Below, piece by piece: positions 1-12,382 of a stretch of 64,000 nt of DNA (position 1 is its first letter; every line of letters starts with the position of its first letter). The translations under genes were made by a program, and so were the position numbers. The stretch is from Protoeuglena noctilucae. Its lineage: Eukaryota. Where the stretch lies: positions 124,001 through 188,000 of the forward strand of contig OY253680.1 of the NCBI GenBank assembly GCA_958009085.1. Reading direction: 5' to 3'. The notes under the pieces are model-generated. The model ran no database searches and was not told where the DNA came from. It saw nothing but the letters and a program-made list of their open reading frames with translations.

Positions 1-3000
1 GCGGCCTGCGTGGGATTCGAACATTCGCAGATTTGAATGGGAATGGGTTGTAGATGGGAATGATGGCAAGTAATGTGAACGAAATGTGGGAGGGGTGAGA
101 GGGCGAGGGAGCTTGGATGGGTGAGAGTAGAGTAAAGAGAGCTTACAGAGTGGCTGGGCAATAGGTGATGGCGCACAGCGTGGTTGAGCAAGAGAGAGTA
201 GTCAGCAACTCAAATGCAGCTTGGCTGTCTTCCACAATGTCTCACCTGTGGCAGGTACACCCTCTGCGGCATCCAGTCCAGGGGGTCAGCGGCGCGGGCC
301 TGGGGGAGACGAGAGAGGGAGGCAAGCATTTCATATTAAGCAATTACATATGCTGATACTAGCACATGTCAGGTCATGCGATGCCACACACCGCCCTTGC
401 ATCACCAGCGACCACAGACACCCACACCCCCACCCCCACACCCACACTGCTACCCACCCCCACCCCAACACCCCCACCCACACCCACCCCCTCACCTTGA
501 CTGCCATGGCCAGCAGCGCCCCCTTGCTGCTCATGCGTGGGTTGTACAGCACCGTCAACACCCCCTCCTTGCGCCCCCCGTGACCCACGAGGATTTGATC
601 AATCTTGTCGTGCCACTCCAGGCCCACCACGCTCCCGGACAGGCCCAGCATGCGTTCCACCTCTCCCGTCTGCGGAACGGTGGGAGTGACTTTGATAGAG
701 AACGTAGTACTAGCATTGCAGTATCCAGTACTAGCATGGGGTGACGTCCTAGCGTGCAGTGACACACCACCAAGGTAGTCATGAACACCAGCTGCCCGTT
801 GTCCCCATCCCTCCCATCTCTCAGCATAACCATCACACCACTCTCACCTCCGCATTCAAAAACACCAGCTGCCCGTTGTCCCCGTCCCGTGCCGCGCTCG
901 TCCCCGTCGCCACCACTCTGTCCCCCGGCCCCAGCCTCACTGCCGTGTTCTCATGGGTATTTAAAAGACCCTCACGCACCCACACCGCCTTCTTCAGATT
1001 GCGCTGGTCCCTGCGAGCGTGGCAGTGTAGAGACGGGGGTTATAGAAGGGTCCTATAGGAAGGGTCACCCTTCTTCTCATTGTCGTGCTGGCGGTGCAAT
1101 AGGCGCCAGCCAGTATGCTCGCCATTGCTGCTCAGCGCTACCACTGCTCTGCACCTTCGCTACACCCCCAATCCCACCCCCACCCGCACCCCCCACCCCT
1201 CACCACCGCTATGCACGCACACCCCACAAGCACACCCCACATAACCCACCCCATCCTCACCCCATCCTCACCACCGTTACATCCCCCCCCCCATAAGCAC
1301 ACCCCTCCTCACCACCTCGCCACCGTCCCGTCCGTGCTCCTCGACACGAACCCCAGACCATCTCTGAAGAACTGCACCGAAGACACCGACTCCCCGTCCG
1401 CATGGGCAGACCGGAAGAGGTGCTTGGGTCTAGTCGCGTAGTTCCACTCCTGCCGGCCCTTGCCGAGGATGTCGGCGTTGGCGACTAACACCGTGCCCAC
1501 GGCCGCGCTGTAGCCGAACTTGCCGCGGACGTCGTAGAGGTGCACGGAGCCGTCCTTGAGGCCCGCGGCGATCTGTTGGGGGGGGGTGGGGGTGTGGTGG
1601 GGTGGTGGGGGGGGGGTGGGAGGTGGTGGGGTGGGTTGAACGGCGATGTGTGAGGGGTCTGGGTGGGGGTGAATGCATACGTGGATATACGCTCATCCCA
1701 CCCCACCGCCCCCACACCCATGTCCCCCCCCGTCCACCCCTCACCTGTGCCCCGTCGTTGCTGTATGCGCAAGTGGACACATGCACCCGCGTTCCCGGCC
1801 GCACGGGCTGTGGCTTGATGACGGTCGTCTGCTTGATCTCCCAGAGGTCCCAGGCACGCACGGTGCCGTCCTCGCTCGACGTGATGGCTGCGGGAATAGG
1901 GGGGGTGCATGCCGAAAAGGAATGTTGATAAGGAATGTACAAGTGAAGGTGGTGGATGATGGGTCACACTCTCTTATCCCGCTTATCCATCAATGCCGCC
2001 CCTCACCCTAAACATCTTCCATCAACCACCCATGCCCCAAACCCCTCTTCCCAACCCACTCACCCACACTGGTATGATCAATTAACCCTTCCCCCCCCCC
2101 CCCCCCCCCCTCACCCCCACCATCCACCACCCCCCTCACCCGTCCCCCGGTCGGTGGGGTGCCACTGCCCCCACGTGCACGCCGACACGTGACCCGTCGT
2201 GTTCCTCATGTCCCGGATGTACATGTAACCCCTCGGCAGCTCCCCCAGCTCGTGCCCCTCCCTGTCATACACGAACGGCTGCGGGCTGCCGTTCACCACC
2301 AAAAGGCACTCCCCCGCGGGACTCCAGGATAGGGCCAGGATGGGGTAGCTGCCCTCCTTCTTGGCGCCCGGCTCCATCATACTGCGTGAGGACATGGTAA
2401 TGTTATATTTATATGATGTGGTTGATAAGAGGAAGGTGACTGGTGCGCTCTCAGGCTCGCACGCTCCCAGCACAGGTGGGGGGCGACGACAAGCGACCCG
2501 CACCTCTCACCACCCCCCACAACTTCCCATTACCACCCACCAACACCCTCTCCGCCCGGTCACTCACCGGTAGCATTTCTTGGCCGACGTCATGCCGTTG
2601 AAGTCGTACATCCGAACCGTGTCGTCGAAGCCCCCCGTGGCAAAACGTGCTCCCTGGGGGTCCACGGCAAGGCACGATACGAGCCTGGCGTGGTGCTGCA
2701 CCGTCAGCTCGTGCGAGGCGGGGATGCCCAGGCGTTCGTCCACCCCGTCGTCCGCCCCTTCGCCAGCAACGCCGGGCTCAGCGTCCGCAGTCGGCGGGGC
2801 GGGAGGCCCTACGTCAGGTTCGCTGTCCTCCCCGTCCCCCGCGCCCGCGCTGTCCCGCTGGCCACCTGAAGAGGCGCCGTCCGCGTTACTTCGCGCGGCC
2901 GCTTCGCCCCCAGAGCTCCGCCGCGCGCCGGCTGCGGCCTCGCGACCCGACGACCCGCGGGGCACGTGCTGCGCCTCGCCCGGGCCCGCCGCGGCCGGAG

Positions 3001-3323
3001 CGGGCGCGCGCTTGGCGCCACCGAAGCTCCCAAATCCCATGATTGCAGCGACGTCCACGTCCGGGCCCGCGGAGGGCTCATCGGCGAAATCTTGCGGTTG
3101 CGCAGCCTTGGAAGGGCGCGGGACGTCGGCCCATCCGCCTTCTGCGTGCGGGTGGAAGGAATGACGTTGACTGACCAGGTTGCACACCGCTGTCGGACAA
3201 GAGAGCGTTGCCAGGCGTCAGGCTCGGTGAGAAAAGACGCGCGCTGCCCGACGCACCTGTCCGGGCCTTCTGATAGCCGTTCATGCGGCGCAGTTCCGCA
3301 AGCTCATCCTCGCTGTCGCTCAT
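1..3323 (-). CDS. WDR70: WD40-repeat protein, WDR70/gad-1-like (multi-exon, 3' end runs off the window)
   Basis: ATG at 3323 (MSDSEDELAELRR..). Spliced exons give IMGFGSFGG, LVSCLAVDPQGARFATGGFDDTVRMYDFNGM, GYMYIRDMRNTTGHVSACTWGQWHP, TSSEDGTVRAWDL, FVSRSTDGTV and LEWHDKIDQILVG, which match WDR70 family motifs as I recall them. GT-AG boundaries are visible; another exon starts at about position 5. Confidence 0.85.
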
Positions 3324-3911
3324 TGCAGCTGGACGCGCGAACCCAGCGGCGAGAGCCGCCTCAGAGGCTCCTTCCGCCCGGAGCTCTCCCAACCAGCGGC
3401 CCCTGAGCGACGGCGGTGAGAGAGAGGAGGATCGCGCGATCCGCGATGAAGAGGAGGCGAAATGTAACCCCGGGAGTTCCTCTCCCGTCAAACACAGCGA
3501 CGACGTGCGCCGCGAGAGGGCGTCGACTGGTATGCGCGTCTTTTGTGCACAGCCGGCTTGCTGGACACGCGCGCTGGCGATGGCGGCTACGTTCTTCATG
3601 TGCCTGCCCAGCCACCTCCGTGTCCCGCTTGAAGACGTAACGAGGAGCTCTGGCAAGGACGTCTGTCGTTTCGACAAGCGCTTGCTCTGCACCGTGGCCC
3701 CCGCGTGCCCCCGCGCCATACTCCTGCTAGTCCTGACAGTCCCCTCGCCTGAATCGCAGCTGCCCTGCCCAACCAAACATCCTTGCGCCGCACACTGCGC
3801 TCTTTCCGTGGCGTGCCCGCTCTAGCTGTTCACGCGCATCCCTCGCAGTTTTCGCGCAGTGCTATGTCGAGCATAGCAAGGGGCGTCGCCTGCGTGTCTT
3901 GAGGCGCAGGG

Positions 3912-6900
3912 ATGGGGGTGCTGGATGAGGGGGCCCGAGCCCCCGCAAAACCTGGGGCGTTATTTGGTGGCACATGCGGTGAGGGACTCTCCTCACGGGC
4001 AGCGAGACATGTGCGATGGTCATGTAGTCGATGTGTGAGACAACGCGCTCGCCCGCGCGGCGGCCGCGCCGCGGGAGACGCCGATGCGGCGAAGTGCGTG
4101 CAGTGGTTTGCAAGGAGAACATGAGCAGCATACGATGTCCAAAGTGCGGGGAAGTCCTCTTTTGCAAGAGCGACTGCAAGCGTCGGGGTCTGGGTCACCA
4201 CTACAAGGTGAGAGGAGGCCACGGGCCATGCCCGCTTGGGCGGTCGCCACGGATGGGGACAAGCGCCAACGAGGCGGCCCAGAATCGTCGCGCGACATGT
4301 TCGCAACAACATTCATCACCGCATCACGCACCGCGACGCGGTCCCGGCGCTGTGAGGGCCGAAGAAAACGACGGACGGCTCATTGCCGCTGACCAAACGA
4401 CGCCAGACGAGAGCTTGGGATCTCGATCGACGCTGATATCGCTAGAACGTCAGCAAATGGCACTGGCAGCAGGGAGCACTCGCGGCAATCGCAAGGAGCG
4501 CGGCGCACAGCCCCCGTTGCAAGCGGCCAAGCTGCAGGCGCCCGCCCGTCGCCGCGCGTGCCGGAAAGAGCCCGCCGACGCGTCACACACATCTCACTGA
4601 CTACCCCAAAAAGAACGACTACGCTTGGGAATCTTTACAGCCCTACTTACACTCCGTGGCACCGTTGCTTTTCCCGCCCCCAGAATTTCTGCGCGAACCC
4701 GCCCGCCCACTTCAGCAACGGGGACGACGAGGGTTCCGTAGAGTCGGGAGAGATCACGTCTTCGTCCCCGCCGGGGAAGCGGCACCGCAAGCTGCCCAGG
4801 GACGACGACGGCGACGGGGGCGTCAGCAGCAGCGGTTGGGCGGCCAGTGGGTTCGAGAGGACATACAAAGGGCGCGATCACGCGGCAGGCGACGGCCCCG
4901 GCGGTCCGGGTCCCGGGCGGCGCCGGGAGGTGGGGCGTGGCGAGCGGGCGTGGGGCATCGAGGGAAGGGAGGAGCGAAGGGCGACGGAGCGTGGCGAGCG
5001 GACACTGGAGGTGCGTTACAGTCCCTGCTCCTGTCAGCCTTAATGACGCATCACGAAGCCCTCTCTGCATTGATGTCTTCGCTGCCCCCACTGCCACCCT
5101 AGCTGCCATGAGGAAGGGCCGCCGCCAGAGCTCAGTGTCAGAACTGCCGCTGTGCCGGACTCGGTGACTCGCAGGGTCCCTTGGGGGGCGAGGACGCCGA
5201 AGAGGCCCTGGTGGTGGACGCGGGTGTGGGCTTGTCGTCTGATTTGGTAGATGCCGTGCTGTCACCCGGGCTGACACCGCGGGGAGTGCGGTCACGCAAA
5301 GCCTTGGGGCAGCAGGGAAGGGGCGAGGTGGAGCCGGTGCGCAGCGTGGCGCGTGCGCTGGGAGAGGAGAGGAGGGAGGAGGGCGGGGGCGGGGCGGGGG
5401 ATGAGGCGAGAGGGAATGACGGGAAAGGGGATGACGCCAAAGGGGCAGCCGAGGAGCAGTGGCGGGCTGATGCTATCGCTGAGCTCAAGTGAGGATCTTG
5501 ATTGGGTCAGTGGATGATACAGATAACAAGAGATGAGCTGTGGAGAGAAGGATGTGTTTGATTGTACTGTGATTACGACCACGGGGCAAGGGTGTTTGTG
5601 TGTCCCATCTCACCAACCATCTGTAATCGTCCAACCCAGCCAGTCCGACCTTCCCTCCTTGCTCCCCCATCCCACCCCATCCCAATATCTCTCCCCTCAT
5701 CTCCAGCCCCGTTTCTGACACGCCCGCAGGCGCCAGGAGGCGCTGTGGCGGTCGGTGCGTCTCGCCCCGCCAGAGCGGAAGTGGGTGCCCAGCCCCCGCC
5801 CCACCCCGGGGCTGTGCCTGGCGCCCGGGGAGGGCGGGGACATACCCCGACTGACGGTGGTGTCCTGGCGTTTGATGACGCACGCATCGGTCGTGCAAGT
5901 GTGCGGGGGGCGCGTGCCGGCTCACTTGGCCTGGGAGGCAAGGACGGCGTCGGTTGGTGAGGCTGATAATGGAGAGAGGGTTATGTTTGTGTGTGTGAGA
6001 GAGATTGTGGGGTGACATGCCAGGATCACCAGCGCTCCCAGCCCTTCCCTTACTCACCCCCCTCACTGCCTCTCATCCCCCTCACCCCCCAACCCCCACT
6101 CACCCCTTCACCCCACCCACCCCCCTCACCCCCCAATCACCCCCCCCCCCCCCCCCCCCCCCCAGTGCACGAGCTGCGCCAGTGGGCCCCTGACGTGATC
6201 CTCATCCAGGACGTGGAGGCCTCCGCCTTTGCGGCACTGGAGCGCCCGTTGCGAGGGCTGGGCTTCCAGGGCATCCGGGTCGGGTCCAGTGGTCCCGGCC
6301 AGGCCGTCTTCTACAAAGTGTCGATGTTCGATTTGGTGCACGTGCGGGGGTGCGTGGCGAACGCGATACTCGGGAGGTCGCCGGCACAGGTGGGGGGGGG
6401 GGTGGGGTGGGGTGGGGTGGGGTGCGATAGATGGGGTGTGACAGGTGGAGTGGGATGGGGTGCGGTGGGGTGGGGTGGGATGCGGTGCGGTGGGGTGCGA
6501 TAGGTGGGGTGGGATGTGGTGCGATGGGATGCAGTGGGGTTGGTGGGATGCGATGGGTGGGGTGCGGTGGCAAGTCATTACTACCGCCAGCATCCCAGGT
6601 CGGGTGCCACTCACCCCACCGATCAAACCCCCTCTTACTTCTCACTCCACACACAGGTGGTGCGCGCGCGCGTGACGGAGGCGGGCGACGACAATACCGA
6701 CGCCCCCCCCACTCTGTGGCAGGAGCTGCGGGCGAATGACCAAGTCGCGCCCTTTGCCACCATCGCCATCCTCAGGCACCGCCCCTCCTCCAAGCCCCTC
6801 GCCTGCGCCAGCCTGCAGCTGAGTCCGGCGGGGATGCAACCTGACGTGGCGGCGGTGCACGCGGACTTGGTGGCCTGGGCCGTGCAGGCAGCCGCACAAG

Positions 6901-7499
6901 GCGCCTTGGACGATTCAGAATGGGAGGGACTGCCCGTGGTGTTGGGGGGTGACTGCTGCCTCCCCGCGCGCATCTACCGATCCCACAAGTTCTACCACGT
7001 CGCCCCGAACGCCCCGCCCTTCCGCCCGGGAGTGCATGAGTTGCTGCAGTCGGGCACTCTCGCCCCATCGCACATCGACCACCCCAATGTGAGGAGGAAG
7101 GAGGCACTGCTACCACCGCTCGAGACCCACGGCCTATCCCTGTTCAGCTGCATGGCGGCGGCAGACGGGGGGGAAGAGCCCCCAGTTACTGCGATGGGAC
7201 CGGGGCCCCTAGCCGCCGAAGTGCGGGGCACGACGCAGCCCGTGCCGCCTAGCGCGGCTTGTGCGAGCGTCGATGTGGTGCTGGCCACGTCACGGCACTT
7301 CGCCGTCTCGCGCGTCCTCGAGATGCCCTACCCGGTGCCGGCGAGCGGCGTTTCTGACGCCGGTTCTGACGCGCGTGACCCCAGTGCACACCCGGTGGAG
7401 GGACTGGAGGCGATGCCGGGGATGCGCACGCCTAGTAACCACTTCGCGATCGGGGTGGAGCTGGCGTTTCGGAGTAATTTGTCAACAGGGAAGGGCTGA
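3912..7499 (+). CDS. MYND zinc finger fused to a CCR4/Angel/PDE12-like EEP domain with degenerate catalytic motifs
   Basis: Approximate exons 3912-3978, 4104-4208, 4684-5010, 5175-5488, 5730-5956, 6166-6389, 6657-7499 splice in frame. They give CVVC..RCPKC..FCKSDC..HHYKNFC (MYND) and the EEP-like motifs LTVVSWRLM, LAWEAR, PDVILIQDV, GQAVFYK, PVVLGGDC, VDVV, PSNHFAI. Confidence 0.75.
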
Positions 7500-8121
7500 T
7501 TGTGAGGGTTGCGGGGGACGTGCTGTGGGGTGGTGCGTGGGGGTGTGTGAGAGTGGGGGCCAGGGTTGGGCGGCGTGTGGGATGGGGCAGTTTTGTGCTT
7601 GCGGTAGTAGTGTTGGCATGAGAGGTCATTGGCATTGGCATTTGATATAAACGGCACCTTGGGTTCACAGGGCTCGTCGCGATGCTCTGCGAAAATGAGA
7701 CCAATTTATCAAGGGCAGCAGTGCTAACCAACCTTGGGTAGCAATACGCAACGTCGCATGCCGCCACTGATGCGCTCTGCATGCTTGCCAGACTCATCGC
7801 GTGTCAATGGCTGTGTCAACAATCATGACTGCGACAGTTGAGCGACGCAAGACACGGGAGGGTCAAGAGAGGGCCGCATGAGAGATGAAAGCGGCTCAAA
7901 GGGCGCTGGGGTGAAGGGACAGGGTTGCAGGGTCCGCTTTCACTGACGACACGCAACGCGGCGCAGCATGGGGGGATGGGAGGGGAGGGGTAAGGCCTGA
8001 CCAGACCTGTTGGGGTGTGGTCAAGCGCGCCAGTCACAAACCAGTGCTGAAGTGGGGCCCATCACGTGATCTCATCTGTTGAGCTCATGTGATAAGCCTG
8101 TCCCATCTCATGGACCCTCCC

Positions 8122-10057
8122 TTAAGCCACGACGGCCACGGGTCGCGTGATGCGGATGGTCGAGGTCAGTCGCGGCGCCAACTCCTCATACTGCAAGCAA
8201 AATGATTATGTTTATTATCGATGCTAATGCTAAGCAGGGTCGGTACTCACACCCATGCCGCATACCTCCCGCCCGCACCCCATCTCACTGAACCCAGCCC
8301 CTGTGCCCCTTCCACACGCATCCCCGCCCTGCTCTCCTCTCACCAGCGTCCATATTAGTGCCGTCTGCAGCGACCGCTTCACGAACCTCGGCCCCAGCCC
8401 CGCCATGAGGACCGAGACGCCCTTGGAGCTGAGCTTGCGCACGGCAGCCGCCGTCACGCTCTGCAAGCACGGTGGGACAGGGGGCAGTGGCTGGCAGGCT
8501 CTGTTGACACAGTGGCAAAGGTGGCAGTCGTGACACAGTGGGCACTCGCTCGCTTTGTCTCTCGACTGCCCCCTCATGACTGTGCATATGTGCACACCCC
8601 AGTCCAGCCACAGTGTCATCCGACAACGATACCGTCAATGATATCACCAATCACCTTACCGCTGGCCTTGGCAGCCTCGGCGCTCTGCAGCTGCACCAAT
8701 ACCCCACCTATCGATACAAGCCATCCATCACAAATGTTGTCATTCGTATCATTTCTTATGATCACCTTGCCGCTGGCTTTCGCAGCCTCGGCGCTCTGCA
8801 GCTGCACGAAGGTGCGTACGACGTCCATGGGTTGGGTGGCCAGCGTCGCGCCCACGCTGCCGATGAGACTCGACACCAGATTCGTGGCGATGCCCTCGCC
8901 CAGGCGCTGCCCCAAGGCCGCCTTGGCCTCGCTGCGGGCGCAGGGGCAGAGGGGAGGAGGCGTCAAGTGCTCGTCCCTCGACACACAGTGTCTACAACGA
9001 CACGTGCGACCTAAGCATCTGAGCCAGCTGCACGCCCCTTGCTGAGGCCGCAGATGCACATACCATTTGTATAACAGCATCGTCATCGAGCATCGTCATC
9101 GAGTCATCCGTACATCATCACCGTAGTCACCTGTATATCATGAAGTAGAGCCCGGAGTAGGGCGCGTTGGTGAGGACGGTGGGGACCAGGCCCCGGAACA
9201 GACCGCGCACGCCTTCCTGCTTCACGATGCAGGACAGCGCATGGAACGTGTTGGCGTATCCCTGCGCGTTGCCCGCCTCCATGCGCGTCTTGACTACCTG
9301 GGGATCCATCAAAGGGAGTGATATATATTTTGTTATATGCCATATATATATCACATATGAAACATCGTATGCGAGTCGAGCCGGCTTTCTGACGTCAACC
9401 AGTGTGAAGCTTCAGGGCACGTGCCTTGCGTGAGCACGCAAAGCGCTCACCGTGACCGGGGTCATCAGCGCCGTCGTGGATCCCCGCGAGAGGGCCCCCG
9501 CCGCCAGCGCGAACATTCCGCCGAGCCTGTCCGGGTCCCCGCCGGCCGCGACCTGCCTCCGCTGCAAGACGGGCTTGAGCGTTTCGAGCACGACAAAGTG
9601 GAACCCCGATCCGATGCCCAGCCGCAGGACCGTGGGCTGAGTGCCCGCCCAGAAGTGCAACACTCCGCGAAGACCTTTGTCGCCGCGCGCGATGGCCACG
9701 ACCGCCTCGCGCAGCGTCGCGGATCGCCCGTCAATCGCCAGCGTCTGCGCCTTGGTCCTGGGAAGCCGAGGGGCGGGGAAGGAGTCGCGACAGGCTGTTG
9801 ACGACCTCATTCATGTAATAAAGAATGTCGTGCGGAGCCAAGCGACTCGGCAGCGGGGCCGCGGACGCCACGTTGGCTGCTGCGAGTCTGCGTCACCTGA
9901 GCACGTCGAGGGGCTGCAGGAGGATGCCGCTGACCATGCCCGATATCGATCCCGAAAGCACGCTACTGAGCGTGGATATGACGGGCTTGATATCGGACGT
10001 GGACGCCCCGGGAGCCTGCGAAGCGAGGGAACTACCAAACGGCGGATTAGCGGCCAT
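8122..10057 (-). CDS. Mitochondrial carrier family protein, SLC25A38/Hem25 (glycine carrier)-like
   Basis: Three carrier repeats (QPLDVLR, TPVTVVKTRME, QPMDVVRT), plus GLFRGLVPTVLTNAPYSGLYF and AGLGPRFVKRSLQTALIWTLYEE. TAA at 8122-8124. The subfamily call is from remembered motif similarity. Confidence 0.85.
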
Positions 10058-10617
10058 ACGCACGCGATACTGGGAGTTTCCATGCAACCGCTCATAGAGT
10101 TACCATCACTCATGCGGGGACACACCAAATGAGGCAAGAATAAAGCCACTCGCCTCCGTCACGCCGCTGCGTCCGGAACTAGTCATGGTAAGCCGTCCCG
10201 CGCGCGATGAACTCGATGTAACTGTGCTCCGGCAGTCGCGATGAATATCTTGATTCGAAGTGTGCGTGCAGCGGAGCTACTTGGCCGAAGAGACCGCGCG
10301 AGCGCACTGCGGAGAGGCGCGTCACTAACGAGCACAAATGTGCGAGTCCTCGCCTCGCCGCTGCTCCCTCGGACGAAGCCACTGCAGCAGGTATGCGCCA
10401 AAGTGTTCCACGCAATCAGCGCTTGCCGGTGATTCTCATCCACCAGGCCGCACGTCAGAACTGGCAGATGCTCGTCAGGTCCTCCGCGCCCGATGCCGAG
10501 CCGCTCGCGTTTATACATGTCCCCATATCATGTTTCGCGTTTTAGAAAACCATCGCGACCCTCATTTCATCCCCTCTCCCCCTCTTCGCTCAAGTTTCGG
10601 CCCCAGCCTGTCGTGCG

Positions 10618-12055
10618 ATGTCGGCCCTGCGGTCGCTCCGCTCGTCGCTGAGCTCCGCCCTGCTCCGGCGCACGGACAACTCAAAAGCCTGGGTTGCGTG
10701 TCGAGCGTACTCCGCGTCGCCCGAAGGCCAGACGGCGCAGCAGGTCGCCGTGGTGCAGGGCGCATCCCGCGGCCTGGGTGAGCGGCGCGGCGCCGCGTCC
10801 GGGGCGTGACGCATGGCTGTGACAAAGTGTATCGTTCATCCTCTCGGCGCTGCTGCCCGCAGGCCTCGAGTTCGCGACGCAGCTGGCGTCGCGGCCAGGG
10901 ACGGTCGTCTATGCCACGTGCCGAGACCCTGCCACCGCCACGCAGCTGCGCGAGCGCCAGGAGCGACATGGAAACATTCGTATCGTCCGTCTGGACGTTC
11001 ACGACGAGGCGACGATCCGGGACGCGGCTGGATTGATCCAGAGCGAGGCGGGCAAGGCGGACTTGGTGCTGAATGTCGCAGGGCTGCTCCACATCCCCGG
11101 CGCGATGTCCCCTGAGGTTTCCTACGAACGAGTCACGCCAGAAAACATCCTCCTGTCCTTCAAGGTGACATTGAGACTGCGCGTGGAACACAGGAGTTGG
11201 TTGGGATGAAGCGTGGCGGTGGGGTGCGTCAATCGGAGCGTTGCACATGAGAAGTCAAAGCTTCTGCCCGTTGGTCGCTTTGCAGACCAACGCGATCGGG
11301 CCGATGCTGGTGGCCAAGCACATGGTGCCGCTGCTGGCCAAGGGAGGGGACCGTGAGGTGGGCAGGCCGGCTGTGCTGGCCAGCCTGAGCGCCAAGGTCG
11401 GCTCTATCTCCGACAACAGCCTCGGAGGGTGGTACTCGTACCGTGGGGCGAAGGTGAGATGGCCATCTTAACCTGCGTGGGACGGCCGTCGGGCGCTCGC
11501 TGTGTCGGGTTGCGCATGTGCATGTGCTGTGCTCAGCTGACCTGAGCCAAACCGTTCCAAATCCTCGCAGGCAGCGCTGAACCAGATGATGAAGACGCTG
11601 TCGATCGAGGTGGCCCGCAAGAAGATGAACGTGGCGTGCTTGCTGCTGCACCCGGGCACCTGCAACACTGATATGAGCGAGCCCTTCCGGCGCAACGTGG
11701 TGCGTGTGTATATATTATATGTGTGGGTAGATGTGTGTACATGTACATTTGTATATGTAGTGTATAGAGCATGTAGCGTTTGCTACGATGACAAATATAT
11801 GAGATGCCCCTGCAGCACTCCTTCAGCAATGGCCGTTGGCATGCACACATGCTCAGTCCATACCTGGTGTCACGGATTCGAATCATACAGCTGGGTTCTT
11901 TCTCACATCATGGCCCTTCGCAATGCCCGCAGCGTCCCGACAAGCTTTTTGAGGCCGATCGTGCTGTGCGGCAGCTGCTGGAGATTGTCGATGGGGCGAG
12001 GCTGGAGGACAACGGGAGGTTCATTGCGTGGGACAAGTCTGACCTGCCGTGGTGA
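10618..12055 (+). CDS. Short-chain dehydrogenase/reductase, C-factor (CsgA)-like, with N-terminal targeting-type peptide
   Basis: VVQGASRGLG, NAIGPMLVAK, SAKVGSISDNSLGGWYSYRGAKAALN (YxxxK), LHPGTCNTDMSEPF, GRFIAWDKSDLPW*. The N-terminus is Ser/Arg-rich. Confidence 0.9.
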
Positions 12056-12382
12056 TTGATGTCAATGTGCAGCAGCCCTGAAGGCGGGTGTTGCCGTGGT
12101 GACGTGGGCAGGCGCGGCTGTGGTGACACTGATGCGCAGCAGTGCAGCACTCCTGGGGGCAGGCAGGCGCCCCTGCAGCTGTCGTGTGGCCTATCCTTTA
12201 CTCTTACGGACGCGGATCCTGACAGAGATCTGTCAGGGCCCTGTGCCATGGAACTTTTCAATATGTTTTGGTCTCTTGGGTGCTGAGATGGGACCCGAGG
12301 CGTCGTTGCTGTTGAAGAATGCTCTCCAATTTCAATGGTTCTCACTCAAGATCGTCAATGCTCTTTTGCAACTATGCGGAAC

